From Myxococcota bacterium (GTDB lineage Bacteria > Myxococcota > UBA4151), in assembly GCA_036338695.1 (NCBI GenBank), contig JAYZBQ010000015.1, forward strand, positions 90,892-154,891: a stretch of DNA of 64,000 nucleotides, in the 5' to 3' direction. Position 1 is the first letter of the stretch. Each line of letters opens with the position of its first letter. The position numbers and the translations under genes are program-made. Below are positions 32,380 through 44,238 of the stretch, piece after piece. The notes under the pieces were generated by a model, which had not been told where the DNA came from, ran no database searches, and saw only the letters and a list, made by a program, of their open reading frames with translations.

Positions 32380-34334
32380 CGATGCGATCCAACTACAGAA
32401 CTTTAGCCGTGTGGGCGATCGTGCTCGGCTCGCTGTTTCTCTTGGTGTCCCTACGCACCGTCCGCCCCGATCAGGGGCGTGAGGTCAGCTTCTCCGAGCT
32501 GATGCAGACCATCCACGAGCTCGACGAGAGCGAGGACTCGTTGGCGAAGCTCACGGTACGAGGAATGGATTGGCGTCTAGAACTTGATCAGGGGCGTGAT
32601 GTCCTCGTCGCCACGGGGCCGCTCACCGATGAGTTCGTCAACAAGGTGATGCCAGCCCACAAGGGGATGGTCGTTAATCTCGAGAAGGCTGAGGACACGA
32701 GCTTTTGGTCGAGCTTCTTGATCAGCTGGTTGCCAACGCTGTTGCTGCTCGGCTTCTTCATCATGTTCCTGCGCAACTTACAGTCAGGCAGCGGTAAGGC
32801 GATGAGTTTCGGGAAGAACAAGGCGAAGATGCTGACCGAAGCGCAGAACAAGCACACCTTCGCCGACGTTGCGGGCTGCGACGAGGCCAAGCGCGAGCTC
32901 GAAGAGGTCGTTCACTTCTTGCGTGACCCCCAAAAGTTCACCCGGCTGGGTGGTAAGCTCCCCAAGGGGGTGCTGCTGATGGGGTCGCCGGGTACGGGTA
33001 AAACCTTGCTCGCTAAGGCGGTCGCTGGTGAAGCGAAGGTGCCCTTCTTTACGATCTCAGGCTCGGACTTCGTCGAGATGTTCGTGGGCGTCGGGGCGTC
33101 GCGTGTTCGCGACCTCTTCGAGCAAGCCAAAAAGCACGCGCCGTGCATCGTCTTTATCGACGAAATCGACGCCGTCGGGCGCCACCGAGGCGCCGGCTTG
33201 GGTGGGGGGCATGACGAGCGCGAGCAGACCCTCAATCAGCTGCTCGTCGAGATGGACGGGTTCGAGGCGAACGAGGGCATCATCATCGTGGCGGGTACCA
33301 ACCGACCCGACGTCTTGGACCCTGCGCTGCTGCGCCCAGGGCGCTTTGATCGCCGGGTGACGGTGCCGCTGCCGGACCTCAAGGGGCGCGAAGCGATCCT
33401 GAAGGTACACACCCGGGAGGTGCCACTCTCGCCCAACGTCGAGATCCCTGTGATCGCCCGCTCCACACCGGGCTTCTCAGGAGCCGACTTAGCCAACCTG
33501 ATCAACGAGTCCGCGTTGCTCGCTGCGGTCAGCGATGCACAGCGGGTGGAGCCTGAGCACGTCGAGTCGGCACGCGACAAAATCACGATGGGCTCGGCGC
33601 GGCGCTCCATGGTGATGAGCGAAGAGCAGCGGCACGCCACGGCTGTGCACGAAGCAGGGCACGCCGTAATCGCCTACTATACCGACGGCGCAGACCCGCT
33701 TCACAAGGTGACGATCATCCCGCACGGGCGTGCGCTCGGTGTCACGATGCAGCTGCCGGAAGAGGACCGCTACTGCGTGAACCGTAAGGACGTCAAAACG
33801 CAGATCAAGGTCCTGCTCGGCGGCTACCTCGCTGAGATGAAGTACTTCGGCGAAGAGGGCACGACCAGCGGTGTGAGCAACGACCTCAAGCGCGCCAAGC
33901 AGCTCGCCACCCGGATGGTGAGTGAGTTCGGCATGTCTCGCTTAGGGCCGATCTTTTACGGAGGCGACAGCGACGAGGTCTTCTTGGGGCGTGAGATGGC
34001 GACCCGGGCGACCAACCAGAGCGACGCCACCACCCGTGAGGTGGACGAGGAGCTCCGGACGATCATCGAAGACTGCTACGGCATCGCCAAGCAGCTGCTC
34101 GATGATCGCAGCCACGAACTCGAGCTGCTCACGCAGGCGCTGTGCACGCACGAGACCGTGTCGGGTCGTGAGGTCGACCATCTCTTCGAGCACGGCGTGA
34201 TGCCGACCGCTCCCGTCGTTGAGCCGAACTCAGAGCCCGAGCAGCGCTCGCTGCCGACGCCTGAGCCTGACGTCGAGGACGACAAAGACTCCACCGGCGA
34301 TATCGGCGGGGGGTTGTTGCCCAACCCTGCCTGA
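32376..34334 (+). CDS. ftsH: ATP-dependent zinc metalloprotease FtsH
   Basis: Two TM segments, [17 protein letters not shown], the SRH region and HEAGH. Confidence 0.98.
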   Translation: MTMRSNYRTLAVWAIVLGSLFLLVSLRTVRPDQGREVSFSELMQTIHELDESEDSLAKLTVRGMDWRLELDQGRDVLVATGPLTDEFVNKVMPAHKGMVVNLEKAEDTSFWSSFLISWLPTLLLLGFFIMFLRNLQSGSGKAMSFGKNKAKMLTEAQNKHTFADVAGCDEAKRELEEVVHFLRDPQKFTRLGGKLPKGVLLMGSPGTGKTLLAKAVAGEAKVPFFTISGSDFVEMFVGVGASRVRDLFEQAKKHAPCIVFIDEIDAVGRHRGAGLGGGHDEREQTLNQLLVEMDGFEANEGIIIVAGTNRPDVLDPALLRPGRFDRRVTVPLPDLKGREAILKVHTREVPLSPNVEIPVIARSTPGFSGADLANLINESALLAAVSDAQRVEPEHVESARDKITMGSARRSMVMSEEQRHATAVHEAGHAVIAYYTDGADPLHKVTIIPHGRALGVTMQLPEEDRYCVNRKDVKTQIKVLLGGYLAEMKYFGEEGTTSGVSNDLKRAKQLATRMVSEFGMSRLGPIFYGGDSDEVFLGREMATRATNQSDATTREVDEELRTIIEDCYGIAKQLLDDRSHELELLTQALCTHETVSGREVDHLFEHGVMPTAPVVEPNSEPEQRSLPTPEPDVEDDKDSTGDIGGGLLPNPA

Positions 34335-34346
34335 GAGGCGAGCGCG

Positions 34347-35198
34347 GTGAGCAAGCCACCCTGGCTTCGGCAGAAGCAGCCCGTCGTGATGGGCATCTTG
34401 AACCTCACGCCCGACTCGTTCAGCGACGGTGGCGAGTTGGTCAGGGTTGATGATGTTTTGCGGCGGGCTGAGCGCATGGTCACCGACGGAGCCGCGTTGC
34501 TGGACCTCGGCGCCGTGAGCACGCGCCCCGGCGCGCCGGAGGTCAGTGAAGAGGAGGAGCTGCGGCGGCTGTTGCCTGCGCTCGATGCCGTGCTGCGTGA
34601 GGGCTTCGGGGCGGTGAGCGTTGACACGTTCCGGCCGGCGGTGGCGCGTGCGGCGCTGCGGGCTGGGGCGTCGATGATCAACGACGTCTACGGCGCTCGT
34701 CAGCCCGGTATGCTCAAGGTGCTCGGCGAGCATAAGCCGTGGGTCTGTGTGATGCACATGAAAGGCTCTCCGCAGACGATGCAAAAGGGCGCCATCGCCT
34801 ACCAAGACGTGGTTGAGCAGGTGGCTGCTTGGCTCGATGAGTCCGCAGGCGCCGTCGTCGCTGCCGGCGTGCCCCAGGACTGCGTTCTCGTGGATCCTGG
34901 GATCGGCTTTGGGAAAACCGATGCGCACAATCTCGCGCTGACGCTTGGTTGTCAGCGGTTGGCTTCCCGTACAGGCTGCGCCGTGCTGTATGGCGCCTCG
35001 CGCAAGAGCATCATAGGCAGGCTCGCTGCGGTCGATGCGCCCAAAAAGCGACTTCCGGGTAGCCTGAGTTTGCTCGGTGGAGCGTACCGAAGCGGCGCGC
35101 GCGTCTTTCGCGTCCATGACGTCGAAGAGACGGTCCAGTTTTTGGCGCTTGAGCGCGCCCTACTCGAGGCGAACGACCTCGCCGCTGCGTACCAGTAA
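34347..35198 (+). CDS. folP: Dihydropteroate synthase
   Basis: Motifs MGILNLTPDSFSDGG, STRPG, DPGIGFGK, SRKS and RVHDV. Confidence 0.96.
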   Translation: MSKPPWLRQKQPVVMGILNLTPDSFSDGGELVRVDDVLRRAERMVTDGAALLDLGAVSTRPGAPEVSEEEELRRLLPALDAVLREGFGAVSVDTFRPAVARAALRAGASMINDVYGARQPGMLKVLGEHKPWVCVMHMKGSPQTMQKGAIAYQDVVEQVAAWLDESAGAVVAAGVPQDCVLVDPGIGFGKTDAHNLALTLGCQRLASRTGCAVLYGASRKSIIGRLAAVDAPKKRLPGSLSLLGGAYRSGARVFRVHDVEETVQFLALERALLEANDLAAAYQ

Positions 35199-38100
35199 AA
35201 GCTGCATCGAGATTGGCTCATCAGGGCAGAGGCGAGACACGACACGGCGGTAAGCCTCGAGCTGGGGTCGGTAGCGCTCTTTGAGCACGGCGTGGCTCTT
35301 TTCGCGTGTCACCTTCCAGTCCGCGACCACCAGCTCTCCCGAGGCTGTTCGGTAGATCAGGTCGATAAATCCGGTGCCCATACGCGCCTTGCTCGTCGGG
35401 TCCAGCCACGCGGCGGGGCAGCTAAACGGCAGCTCGCGTGCGACCAGCTCGCTGTTGATCAGCGATTGAGCGAGCGGGCTCTGAGCGAAGTGCTCCAGAA
35501 CAGCGAGCGACTCATCGAAGACAGGGCCGAGCGACTCACTCGGTAGCTGCTCCGCCATCTGCGCAAGCGCTCGCTCGGTGACCTCCAGGATTTGTTCGCT
35601 GAGGGGCCGCGAGAAGTCGATCAGCTCGAGGACCAGGTGGACGAGCTCACCGACAGCGGTTGCGATCCGGCGTCGTTGCGGGATCGCATCGTCGTCCGCC
35701 TCATCACGCGCATCGCCTTGCCGGTGGCGCTCATCGTGAAGCGTATCAATTTGACTCGGTGAGACGCTGAGGGGCTGCGCCACCATCCAATCTCCTGATT
35801 GGCTCACGTGGGGGGCGTAAGGACCGATCGACTCGTCGGGCAAAGCGGGATCATCAGCGCCGCTGAGCAGCGTGACGTGACCCGCTGGATCGAGCGAGCT
35901 GACAAGGTGATCGATGGGAGTCCCAGTGTTGTCGACGCCACCGACTAACCAAAGCTCACGCTCGGCTCGTGTACACGCCACGTAGGCGAGGCGCCGCTCC
36001 TCGGCCTCGCTGCGCTGCTCCTGAGCCGCCTGAAGCTCAAGCAAGGGGCCGACCCAAGGCCCTTTGGGGACGTCGATGGCGAGCGCCTGCCCGTGCCCAC
36101 TAAGCGGCTTGCGACGGTTGTTGCCACCTTTACAGGGGAGGCTCGCTGCGATGACCCAAGGCCACTCGAGGCCTTTGGCACCGTGGAGCGTCATGACGAC
36201 GACGCCGTCACTGCCCGATGCGCTCTGCATATAATCCGCCGCGTCGCGATGCAGCTCGACCCACTCGGTCAGGTCGACCTCTGGGTCGCCGGCTGCTTCG
36301 AAGAACTCGGACGCCAAGCGCTGAAGGTCGGCTGCTTGCTGCGGTGCGGCAGCCCATGGGCCAGGACACCAGCCGCCTGTGATCAGCTGCGCTTGAAGCT
36401 CACTCAGGCGCCTCGCCTCAAAGAGCGATCGCAACGTGATCAGCTGCTGGACCTGATCACGGCGCTCGGGCAAAAGCTCGGTTGCCTCAAGCAACGCAGT
36501 GAGGGTGCCGCGTGCAAGGAAGGTGCTCAACTCGCTCGGAGCCCAGTTAAATAGTGGGCTCTGGAGGAGGCCGAACACGGTCGCTGTGTCTGACTGTCCC
36601 GACAAAACGCTCAGCAGGCACAGCAGGTCGTGCATCGCCTCATGCTCCAAGCCGTTGCGACGACCGACCGCCGTCACGGGGAGGCCGTGCGCCGTCAGGA
36701 TACGGCACCAGTCTTCGACCTGCGCGCCGCTTCGTGCCAAAATGGCGCAATCGCTTGGCTTGATCGCGTCGTCAGCCTTTAAGCGAGCCTTGATCAGCAG
36801 GGCGACCTCGCTCTGGAGCCGCGCACGCTCGGCGACGGTTTCATTCCCTTTCGGCTTGGTCCAGCCGAACACTTGGACGTCGCCGGGACCTGCGTGGTCT
36901 CGAGGGATCATCGTCGCCGCCTCGCCAAACGCCTCGTGAAAGCCTGTTGCGACCAGGTCGAGGACGGCTTGATCCGACCGAAAGTTGCGACTCAGCTTGA
37001 GCGGGGTAGCGCCGTTCTCGATGAGCTCACCACAGAACGCTGTGAACGCGTCGAGGTCGGCGCCTCGAAACCCGTAGATGCTCTGCTTATCGTCGCCGAC
37101 GATAAACAATCGGCCTGGGACAAAGCGTTGGCTCTCATCCTGGTGGAGCAGCCGAAGCAGCTCGCACTGCAAGGGGTCGGTGTCTTGAAACTCGTCGACC
37201 ATCATCTGCTGAATCTCTCGGCCGAGCTGGCGGCGGACCCCCGGTCGAGCGGAGAGTAACTCCACTGCGTAGCGGAGCGCATCGTCAAAGCCGATACGTC
37301 GCCGGTAAACCTGCTTGGCTCGGAGCTGGCGAAGGAGCCTGGGGAGATGAGGCAGGAGCTGCTCCCAAAACGCTGGATGCCAACGGTCGCGCAGGGACGC
37401 ACGGGCGGCGAGCGACTTCATACGCTCACGGGTGGCGTCGTCTTCAACCGCCTTGAGACCAGCCAGCTTCTTGAGCTGCTCTGCGAGCTCGCGCCAGTTG
37501 GGGATAGCCTTCGCAAGCTCAGCTGAGATGGCTTGAGTTCTGCGGATCGCGCCTTTGCCGAGCGACGAAAAACCCGCCTCAAGCGCTCGAAGCTCACCCA
37601 GCAACTCACGCATCTGCGCGCCGGAGGCCGCGTACCCAAGCAGGTTTGAGAGCTCGTCAAGTCGATCATCCGGTAGCCAGGGAGACGGGGAGAGCGCGCA
37701 GAGCACGTCGACCACCCAGTCGGTGCGGATCGGCTTTTGGAACAACCCAGTCTTACCGGACGCCATCTCTTCGCTCAGCACGTCCCACGCGACCTCGCGA
37801 CGCAGCCGCGCCAGCTCCGCGTCTGAGCGCTCGAGCTCAAGGCGCGCAGGGAGACCGATCGTCTCCCCGTAGTCCCTGAGCAGTTCGAGGCAAAACGCAT
37901 GAAAGGTGGACACGCGAACGCTGGGTCCGTCGAGCAGCTCGCTCGCTAAGCTCTGGATGGATTGGCGGCTCAACCCTGAGACCAGCTCGATCTCACGTCC
38001 GATGGGCTCGAGCCCGGGGGTCGACTCCTCCCAGCCATCGTCGCCGCTTAGGCGGTCGAGGAGCCGCTCGATGCGATCACCCATCTCGCTGGCGCCTGCC

Positions 38101-38291
38101 TCGGTAAAGGTGAGCAGCACGAGGCCCTGCTGACGTTGATGGCGGTCGAACTGAGCGGGCGCACCATAGATCAACCAGTGCGCTGCGCGTCGCGTAAGCT
38201 CCTCAGTTTTACCCGCGCCAGCTCCTGCGCTCAGGCAGAAGTTCTGGTCAAACTGGCTGCGGACGATCTGGCGTGTGGCGGCGTCGGTCAT
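35160..38291 (-). CDS. addA: AddA/RecB-like SF1 helicase-nuclease
   Basis: Helicase motifs AGAGAGKT, TFT, TFHAFC, DEFQD, VGDDKQSIY.FRGA, TLHGAKGLE and YVACTRA. C-terminal nuclease motifs G..VH, GFIDL, DWK and QL..Y. Confidence 0.85.
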   Translation of the reverse strand: MTDAATRQIVRSQFDQNFCLSAGAGAGKTEELTRRAAHWLIYGAPAQFDRHQRQQGLVLLTFTEAGASEMGDRIERLLDRLSGDDGWEESTPGLEPIGREIELVSGLSRQSIQSLASELLDGPSVRVSTFHAFCLELLRDYGETIGLPARLELERSDAELARLRREVAWDVLSEEMASGKTGLFQKPIRTDWVVDVLCALSPSPWLPDDRLDELSNLLGYAASGAQMRELLGELRALEAGFSSLGKGAIRRTQAISAELAKAIPNWRELAEQLKKLAGLKAVEDDATRERMKSLAARASLRDRWHPAFWEQLLPHLPRLLRQLRAKQVYRRRIGFDDALRYAVELLSARPGVRRQLGREIQQMMVDEFQDTDPLQCELLRLLHQDESQRFVPGRLFIVGDDKQSIYGFRGADLDAFTAFCGELIENGATPLKLSRNFRSDQAVLDLVATGFHEAFGEAATMIPRDHAGPGDVQVFGWTKPKGNETVAERARLQSEVALLIKARLKADDAIKPSDCAILARSGAQVEDWCRILTAHGLPVTAVGRRNGLEHEAMHDLLCLLSVLSGQSDTATVFGLLQSPLFNWAPSELSTFLARGTLTALLEATELLPERRDQVQQLITLRSLFEARRLSELQAQLITGGWCPGPWAAAPQQAADLQRLASEFFEAAGDPEVDLTEWVELHRDAADYMQSASGSDGVVVMTLHGAKGLEWPWVIAASLPCKGGNNRRKPLSGHGQALAIDVPKGPWVGPLLELQAAQEQRSEAEERRLAYVACTRAERELWLVGGVDNTGTPIDHLVSSLDPAGHVTLLSGADDPALPDESIGPYAPHVSQSGDWMVAQPLSVSPSQIDTLHDERHRQGDARDEADDDAIPQRRRIATAVGELVHLVLELIDFSRPLSEQILEVTERALAQMAEQLPSESLGPVFDESLAVLEHFAQSPLAQSLINSELVARELPFSCPAAWLDPTSKARMGTGFIDLIYRTASGELVVADWKVTREKSHAVLKERYRPQLEAYRRVVSRLCPDEPISMQLLLVRSGEVVRLE

Positions 38292-40555
38292 GATGACTCC
38301 GCCCGACGAACGGTCTGACCGATGGTGCCGTCGAATTGAGGCGCCCGCTGCGCGATTTGTTCGTGCCACGAGGCGTCGAAGCGCCGACAGGCTGCGCGTA
38401 CGGCGCAGGTCGAGCATGGGGCGTCTTGACCCTGCTTGGCGATGGGAAAGGCGCCCGCTTCGACGTGCTGATGGGCGCGTCTGAGCGCCTCTTTAGCCAG
38501 CGCCATCTGATCACCGCTGCGATCGACGGACTGAAGCGCGTCGGCGCCGCCGGACAAGAAATAGAGCGCCGCCTCGGAGGCTGTCGGGTCGGCGAGCAGA
38601 TAGGCACCGCGCTGAAGGTTCTTTCCGCTTCGCTCTTGCTCGCGCACCTCAGACGAAGATTTAGCGCCTCCCGACTTGAGGTCGATGAGCATGCGCTCGC
38701 CGCGGTGATCTTCTAGGATCAGATCGCAGCGCGCATGGAGCGGCGAGTGGACCGATCCTTCCGGGAGGTCTCGCTCGACCGCGAGCACCTGACGCACCGG
38801 ACCAGAGATAAGGAAATCAGTGAGCCCGCCTAAGCGGAGCTTGAGCGTCTCGAAGTGGAGCTCGATCAGCTCAGGTGTCAGCGGAGGCACCTCTCGTCGC
38901 AGCTCCGCCCAACACGCTCGGTCCAAACGTTCTGGGATGGAGCTCAGGGCATCGGGCTGACCGCAGATCGGGCCGAGCGCCCGCTCGACGATTCGGTGCA
39001 GCATGTTACCGGTCCACTGAGGGTCACTGTATTGCTCGGCTCCGAGCTCAAGCTCCGGTCCCTTGAGCTTGAGAAAACGCTCAAGCAGCGCCTGGCGAGG
39101 GCATCGCATGAGCGCGCTCACTCGAGAGGGTGACCAGCGCGCCGGCTGCTCGACCTGCCAAGGGTCACTCGGGGGCGTTCTGGCGGTCAGGCGAGGGTTC
39201 GTCTGAGGAGGTGCTTGGCTGGCGCTGCACTGAGCGCCCAGCGTGCGCGCCCATCGATCGGGGGCTAGGTTCCGGCCCGACGCGTCGTGCGTCATCCAGC
39301 CCACCGACACGGTGTCGCCAGCCGCCTGCCAAGCCTTCAGCCAGTGCCGCTGCCGCTCCAGCATGAGCTCGGGGTCGAAGAGATCCAGCCCGACCTGCCG
39401 CAAGAGGGTGCGATCGTAGGGGCTCAAGAGCGGCACGGGCGCCCCTAAGGCTTGCGCAAGCCGGCCGCGCTGAGCGCCGAGCAGCAGGACTTGGTCATAG
39501 GCTGAATCCGGCCAAGCCTGCGGCTCGATCAAGTGAACACGCGCCTGAGGCCAGCCCGCAGCGGGTAGCGTGCGGGAGAGGCGTTTGGCGAGCTCATCGA
39601 CGAAGGCGCCGCCAGCGAGCTGAAGCGGGCTGTAGCTGCACAACTCATCCGCCGCCTCGAGGACGTCCGCTCCGATCTGCTCAGGGAGTTGGTTGCGCCA
39701 AGACGCCACGTCGTCGACCTCGCCGCTGTCTGCGAAAGCGAGCTTCGTGAGGGCGCGCAGCGCAGGCGAGAAGCCCGCGCCGATTTTCTGCGGCGACGCA
39801 AAGGGCATCGCGGTGGCGAGCAGGTGACGGCTCATCGGGGCGCGCAGGCTCTCGTCGAGCAACACCAAGGCGACGCGCTGAGCGCTCGAGCGCTTGAGCA
39901 GGGACACCGCGTGCGCAGCGAGCTGGTCGGGGGTGCGCGCCGTGAGCTGATCAGCGTGGATGGGAGCCGTCAAAGGCAGTCGCTCGGGATGGAGCCGATC
40001 CACCAAGGCTTGCAGCCGGTAGGAGACCGGCGGCAGGGGGAGCGCCCAGCAGGCCGTCTCGGGCGTCGCTGCAGCCTCAGCGGCGTCGAGCTTGGATCGC
40101 CCAGGGCAGCGCTCGGTGGCTTCTTGGATGAGCTCAAGAAAGCGCAACAGGCGCGGGCGGGCGGCGAAGTGCTCGGTCAGGGTGTGCGCGTCGATGGACT
40201 CGAGGTCTGCATCGAGCAGGGTCGTGGCTAAACGGAGCTGATCACGCCACGCACCTTGTGCGCGCGCTCCGAGCAAGTGGTGCGTGCGGCCGAAGGCTTG
40301 CAGGAGCTCGAGCCGCAGCTGCTGGCGCGAGCGGATCTGACCCCGAATGGGGAACAGCTCAGGCACCTCTTGGATCGAGCACACCGTGACACCAGCGAGC
40401 GGCAAGCTGCGATGACCGAGCGCCGTGGCGAGCTCGGCTCGAAGGCTTCGACGCGCAAACGCCGAAGGCGCGAGCACGGCGCGGGCGCCGAACGGATCAC
40501 GCCGAACGCTCTGCGTGAGCTCCTCTACGAGCGCATTCCACCAACTCATCGACAC
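38288..40555 (-). CDS. addB: AddB-like protein with a PD-(D/E)XK nuclease and Fe-S staple cysteines
   Basis: Motifs SPS...CP, G..LH, RCDLI, IDLKS, Q...Y and CSTC....AC. ATGA-coupled to addA. Confidence 0.75.
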   Translation of the reverse strand: MSMSWWNALVEELTQSVRRDPFGARAVLAPSAFARRSLRAELATALGHRSLPLAGVTVCSIQEVPELFPIRGQIRSRQQLRLELLQAFGRTHHLLGARAQGAWRDQLRLATTLLDADLESIDAHTLTEHFAARPRLLRFLELIQEATERCPGRSKLDAAEAAATPETACWALPLPPVSYRLQALVDRLHPERLPLTAPIHADQLTARTPDQLAAHAVSLLKRSSAQRVALVLLDESLRAPMSRHLLATAMPFASPQKIGAGFSPALRALTKLAFADSGEVDDVASWRNQLPEQIGADVLEAADELCSYSPLQLAGGAFVDELAKRLSRTLPAAGWPQARVHLIEPQAWPDSAYDQVLLLGAQRGRLAQALGAPVPLLSPYDRTLLRQVGLDLFDPELMLERQRHWLKAWQAAGDTVSVGWMTHDASGRNLAPDRWARTLGAQCSASQAPPQTNPRLTARTPPSDPWQVEQPARWSPSRVSALMRCPRQALLERFLKLKGPELELGAEQYSDPQWTGNMLHRIVERALGPICGQPDALSSIPERLDRACWAELRREVPPLTPELIELHFETLKLRLGGLTDFLISGPVRQVLAVERDLPEGSVHSPLHARCDLILEDHRGERMLIDLKSGGAKSSSEVREQERSGKNLQRGAYLLADPTASEAALYFLSGGADALQSVDRSGDQMALAKEALRRAHQHVEAGAFPIAKQGQDAPCSTCAVRAACRRFDASWHEQIAQRAPQFDGTIGQTVRRAESS

Positions 40556-40617
40556 CTCCGCACTGAGCTTATAAACGGGGGGGCTGACACGGTGTAGGGG
40601 GCTTGTGCGAGCGGCGC

Positions 40618-43600
40618 TCAGATACGCTGTTTGGGGCGTATCTTTCGGTCGGCGAGCTCGTTGTGAAAGGAGCGAAGCGCCTTGCCGAGCGTGTCGTAGA
40701 TCTCCGGCGCAATAATCAGCGGCTTGATCGACATCTCAAAGACACACTGTCGCTCCTCGCAAGACCACCGCCCTGCGTGGTGTTCGCTGCGTGTTTCCAT
40801 GCCTTTGTCCGCCTGAAAGGAGCTCGCTCGGCTCCGGATGACGACGCGCAGGTCACGGCTTGAGCTGAGCCTCAAGGGAAGTTGGCGCTCGCTCTGTGCG
40901 AAGCGCTGCATCCAGACACGCTTGACGATCAGCGGAAGGTCGATGCTGCCATCGGGACGTACGGCTTGCTCGGGCGTTTTGATCTTCAGCGAGAGCTGCA
41001 GCCGTTGGTCGACCTCGTCGACTCGACCCTCGAGCACTTGGCTACCCGGCCAGAGCGCTCCGGTGGCGATGTTCTGGAGGAGAAAGCGTTGCTTGTCTCC
41101 TTTGCCGACCCGGCGAATCATGCCGGCGGTGTGCCCCCGATAGCGCATCGTCGCGTTCCAGATGTGGTCGCCTTCGTACTCGAGCTCGACCTGAGTCATC
41201 TCCTCGTATGACGGGCGCTCCGGGACCGTCACCCAGCGCCAGCTGTCGTCCTCGATCACCAGCGCGTCGGTCCCTTGGACGTCAATGCGCAGGTTGTCTC
41301 GATCTAAATATTCAGCGGTTGCGTCGAGAAACCGAGCAGCTCGCAGGCCGGCTTGCTCAGGGAGGTACACGACGGCGTGATTGAACTGCGAGCCGGGTAG
41401 GCTGCGGTCGATGTCGCCGAGGCGCCAGGTACGGATCAGCGCAGGCTCAGCCTTGATGCCGAGACTGCGCAGCATGGTGATGATCAGCATGCTCTTGTCT
41501 TTGCAGTCCCCGTAGCTGCGATCGAGCACCTGGTCGGGTAGGTGGGGCTCCCAGCCTTCGATAACACGCGCATAGTCCTGCTCGTACTGAATGTCCTCCA
41601 CCGCAAAGCGGTAGATGGCGTCGATCATGGCTTCGGTCTCGGTGCGGGCGCCCACGAGCTCTTTGGCTTTCTGGCTCAGCTTGGGCGTGATCTTGCCGCT
41701 TTGGCGAAACAGATCACGGACCCATCCGACGTAAGGGTCCCAGGACCCCATGGTTGAGAAGCGCACCTGGCTGCGATAGCGCCATGGCGCCTGGACGTTG
41801 AGCTCCATGATCGCTGGCCCAACCTGCCGTCGCTCAAAGGACCACACCTTGACGCCGTTTTGATCCGCATAGTCCCGCTCGGGCTCGCGACCCACGACGG
41901 TAAAGCGAGGGCGCAGGTCTGGGCGCGCCGAAGCGAGCGTGAAGCGTGACTGGACCGCGTAGGCGTCGGCGCCTTCAAACCAGAACGTGCCCTCGACTAA
42001 GCCGTTGATCAGGCGTGAAGGTTTGGAGGTGGACTCGTACTGAAGGACAAGAACCGAACCCGGTCCGATCTCTCGAAAGCGGATCTTGCCTCCACGCAGC
42101 GACACCGGGTCGACACGCGCCCCGTTGGGTTGAACGAGGTAGGCGTGATGAATCTGACGATTGCGCAGACCCGAGAGGTTGATCTTGAGGTAGCGCTGCG
42201 CGGCGCCGCGATCGAGGAACCAGCGCACCAGCGTGACGACCTGCCGCCGGCTCCCATCAGCCTGAATCAGGTCGAGGTGGTCATCGAGCAAAAGGACTTG
42301 GCTGACGGCTTGCTTCGGTCGGTGCTGAGCGCGTTGTTCAACGAGCTGCTGCAGCGCTTGGGCGCCCGGTCGAGACCAGTTGGGGATGCGGATCTCGTCT
42401 TGGGGTGAGCGCAGCGCTTGGTAACGCTCCGCTTTGAGGACCTGGCTGTGGTCGGGTTGCACCGCCGCGAGGCGCTCGCGATAGGGGGCGGCTGCTTGCG
42501 GGCTCTGGCGCGCTGCGACCTGACGTATCATCCAGCGCAGCGCGCCCACCGAGTAGGGGTTTTGCGCCAAGATCGCCTCGACCTCGCGACGAGCCGCTTC
42601 ATATTGGTTATCCCGCACGAGGAGGCTTGCGTAGGTGAGTCGGTGTCCAATGTCCCGATCATCCCGCTCGATGAGCGCACGCGTTAGCCGCAGCGCCTCG
42701 GCCCACCGCTCGGTGCGCTCTGCGCGCTCACGAGCTTGATTCAGCAGACCCGCCGCAGCCGGTTGGATGGCTCGCAGGTGATCAAAAAGCGTGTCGGCCT
42801 GCGTCTTCTCACCAAGGCGCTCGAGCTGGCTGCGGAGCTGTTGCAGCGCATAGGGCCAGTTCGGGTCGTTCTCAACGACGTCTCGCCAGTATCGATAAGC
42901 TGCGCTGCTCGGCGCCTGATTTCCGATCACCTTGCCCAGCAGGACCTGCGCACGCCGGCTGTGCTTCATGAGTGCATCGAGCTTGGGCAGCACCAAGCGC
43001 GCCGCTCGGTCCGACTGCTGCAAGCTGAGCAGAGCGTTTGCCCGCCACACCAAGCCCGAAAGGTCATCACCGAGTTGACCGGCTGTGGTGAGCGCAAGCT
43101 CCTTGCGGCGGTTGTTGATGGCGAGCTGGATCGCCATCAGCTGCTCGATTCGACCCGGGTTCTGGATGCTCTCAAACAACGCAATGGCGTCGGAGCTCCG
43201 GCCGAGGTCAGCGAGGCGGGCGATCCCTAAGATGGCGCGCAGCCGCTGATCCGAGACGCTGCGGGTGCGCGTGCGGACCTCGGACTCAGCGTCAAAGCGA
43301 GGAAAGGTGCTCGATAGGGGGGTGAGTCGATCGCTGGGTACGAGGGGCTCGATCGCCACCAGCTCGCCGCCTGGTGTGTGTGCGCGCAGCTCGAAAGCGC
43401 CCGAGCCGGCTTTGGGACAGCTCCGGATCTCGATCTGATGTCGGCCCGGCGGCAAGGGCGCGCCGAGCGTGACGAACTGCCGAAGCGAGCTCTCCAGACC
43501 GCTGAACTCGATCACGGGTTGGTTGTTGATCCAAACCCGCCGCTCGTTGCCGCCGCGAAGGCTCAACGCAACCGCAACATCAGCTCGAAATGCGGTGGCT

Positions 43601-44238
43601 AAGTGGTGACAGCGCTGACGCGTCGGCGAGGTCCAGTCTTGTGGGTAGATCAAGCTCTTGTTCTGGGCGGGCTCAATGCTTCGCCAAGGGCGCCCACCGA
43701 GCGGAGTCCGTACCGGCTCTGCCAGGACCAAACGGGTCTGAGGTGGGTCGATACGGGTAAGCGCTGCCCCCCGGCTGCTCTCAAAGCCGGAGACCATCCA
43801 CCAGCGCGCAAGGCGCCCGGTCGCTAAGCTCGGTGCGGGTGCGCTCGACCAGACGCGCTCGAGCGCATGGCGCGCCGAGCGCAGGGGGAGCGCACGCATC
43901 GTGCCGGCGTCATGGCTAGCCAGCGCCGACATGATCACCTGCGCATCGGCTCGGTCCATGTGATGTGCGGGCGGAAAGAAGTAGCGCAGGAGCAGCGGGA
44001 CCTCATCCGCTCGGCTGCGGCGAATCGCCTGAGCGAGCTGGGTAACCCACGGTTTGATCTGACCCTTTCGGCTCGCCTCAGCCAGCGCGTCGAGGTCATT
44101 GAGCAGGCACTGCTCCCAGGTCCCATCGCAGCTCAGGCGCGGCGAAGGAGCGACCTGCCCGTGCGCGCAGGCGCCCAAAAACAAAAGAAGCCCACCGAGC
44201 GGTAGACTCCTTCTGTAGGACGTGGGCGCTGACCTCAC
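40618..44238 (-). CDS. Large lipoprotein with TPR repeats and DUF3857/transglutaminase-like domains
   Basis: Lipobox LGAC and a helical TPR-like region. Cys-His-Asp triad in [15 protein letters not shown] and FLDAT. Confidence 0.8.
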   Translation of the reverse strand: MRSAPTSYRRSLPLGGLLLFLGACAHGQVAPSPRLSCDGTWEQCLLNDLDALAEASRKGQIKPWVTQLAQAIRRSRADEVPLLLRYFFPPAHHMDRADAQVIMSALASHDAGTMRALPLRSARHALERVWSSAPAPSLATGRLARWWMVSGFESSRGAALTRIDPPQTRLVLAEPVRTPLGGRPWRSIEPAQNKSLIYPQDWTSPTRQRCHHLATAFRADVAVALSLRGGNERRVWINNQPVIEFSGLESSLRQFVTLGAPLPPGRHQIEIRSCPKAGSGAFELRAHTPGGELVAIEPLVPSDRLTPLSSTFPRFDAESEVRTRTRSVSDQRLRAILGIARLADLGRSSDAIALFESIQNPGRIEQLMAIQLAINNRRKELALTTAGQLGDDLSGLVWRANALLSLQQSDRAARLVLPKLDALMKHSRRAQVLLGKVIGNQAPSSAAYRYWRDVVENDPNWPYALQQLRSQLERLGEKTQADTLFDHLRAIQPAAAGLLNQARERAERTERWAEALRLTRALIERDDRDIGHRLTYASLLVRDNQYEAARREVEAILAQNPYSVGALRWMIRQVAARQSPQAAAPYRERLAAVQPDHSQVLKAERYQALRSPQDEIRIPNWSRPGAQALQQLVEQRAQHRPKQAVSQVLLLDDHLDLIQADGSRRQVVTLVRWFLDRGAAQRYLKINLSGLRNRQIHHAYLVQPNGARVDPVSLRGGKIRFREIGPGSVLVLQYESTSKPSRLINGLVEGTFWFEGADAYAVQSRFTLASARPDLRPRFTVVGREPERDYADQNGVKVWSFERRQVGPAIMELNVQAPWRYRSQVRFSTMGSWDPYVGWVRDLFRQSGKITPKLSQKAKELVGARTETEAMIDAIYRFAVEDIQYEQDYARVIEGWEPHLPDQVLDRSYGDCKDKSMLIITMLRSLGIKAEPALIRTWRLGDIDRSLPGSQFNHAVVYLPEQAGLRAARFLDATAEYLDRDNLRIDVQGTDALVIEDDSWRWVTVPERPSYEEMTQVELEYEGDHIWNATMRYRGHTAGMIRRVGKGDKQRFLLQNIATGALWPGSQVLEGRVDEVDQRLQLSLKIKTPEQAVRPDGSIDLPLIVKRVWMQRFAQSERQLPLRLSSSRDLRVVIRSRASSFQADKGMETRSEHHAGRWSCEERQCVFEMSIKPLIIAPEIYDTLGKALRSFHNELADRKIRPKQRI

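Noticed and set aside
35160..40555. Helicase plus Cas4-like nuclease as an antiphage or CRISPR adaptation module
   Set aside because: The architecture and order match housekeeping AddAB, set among core genes with no defence or mobility context.
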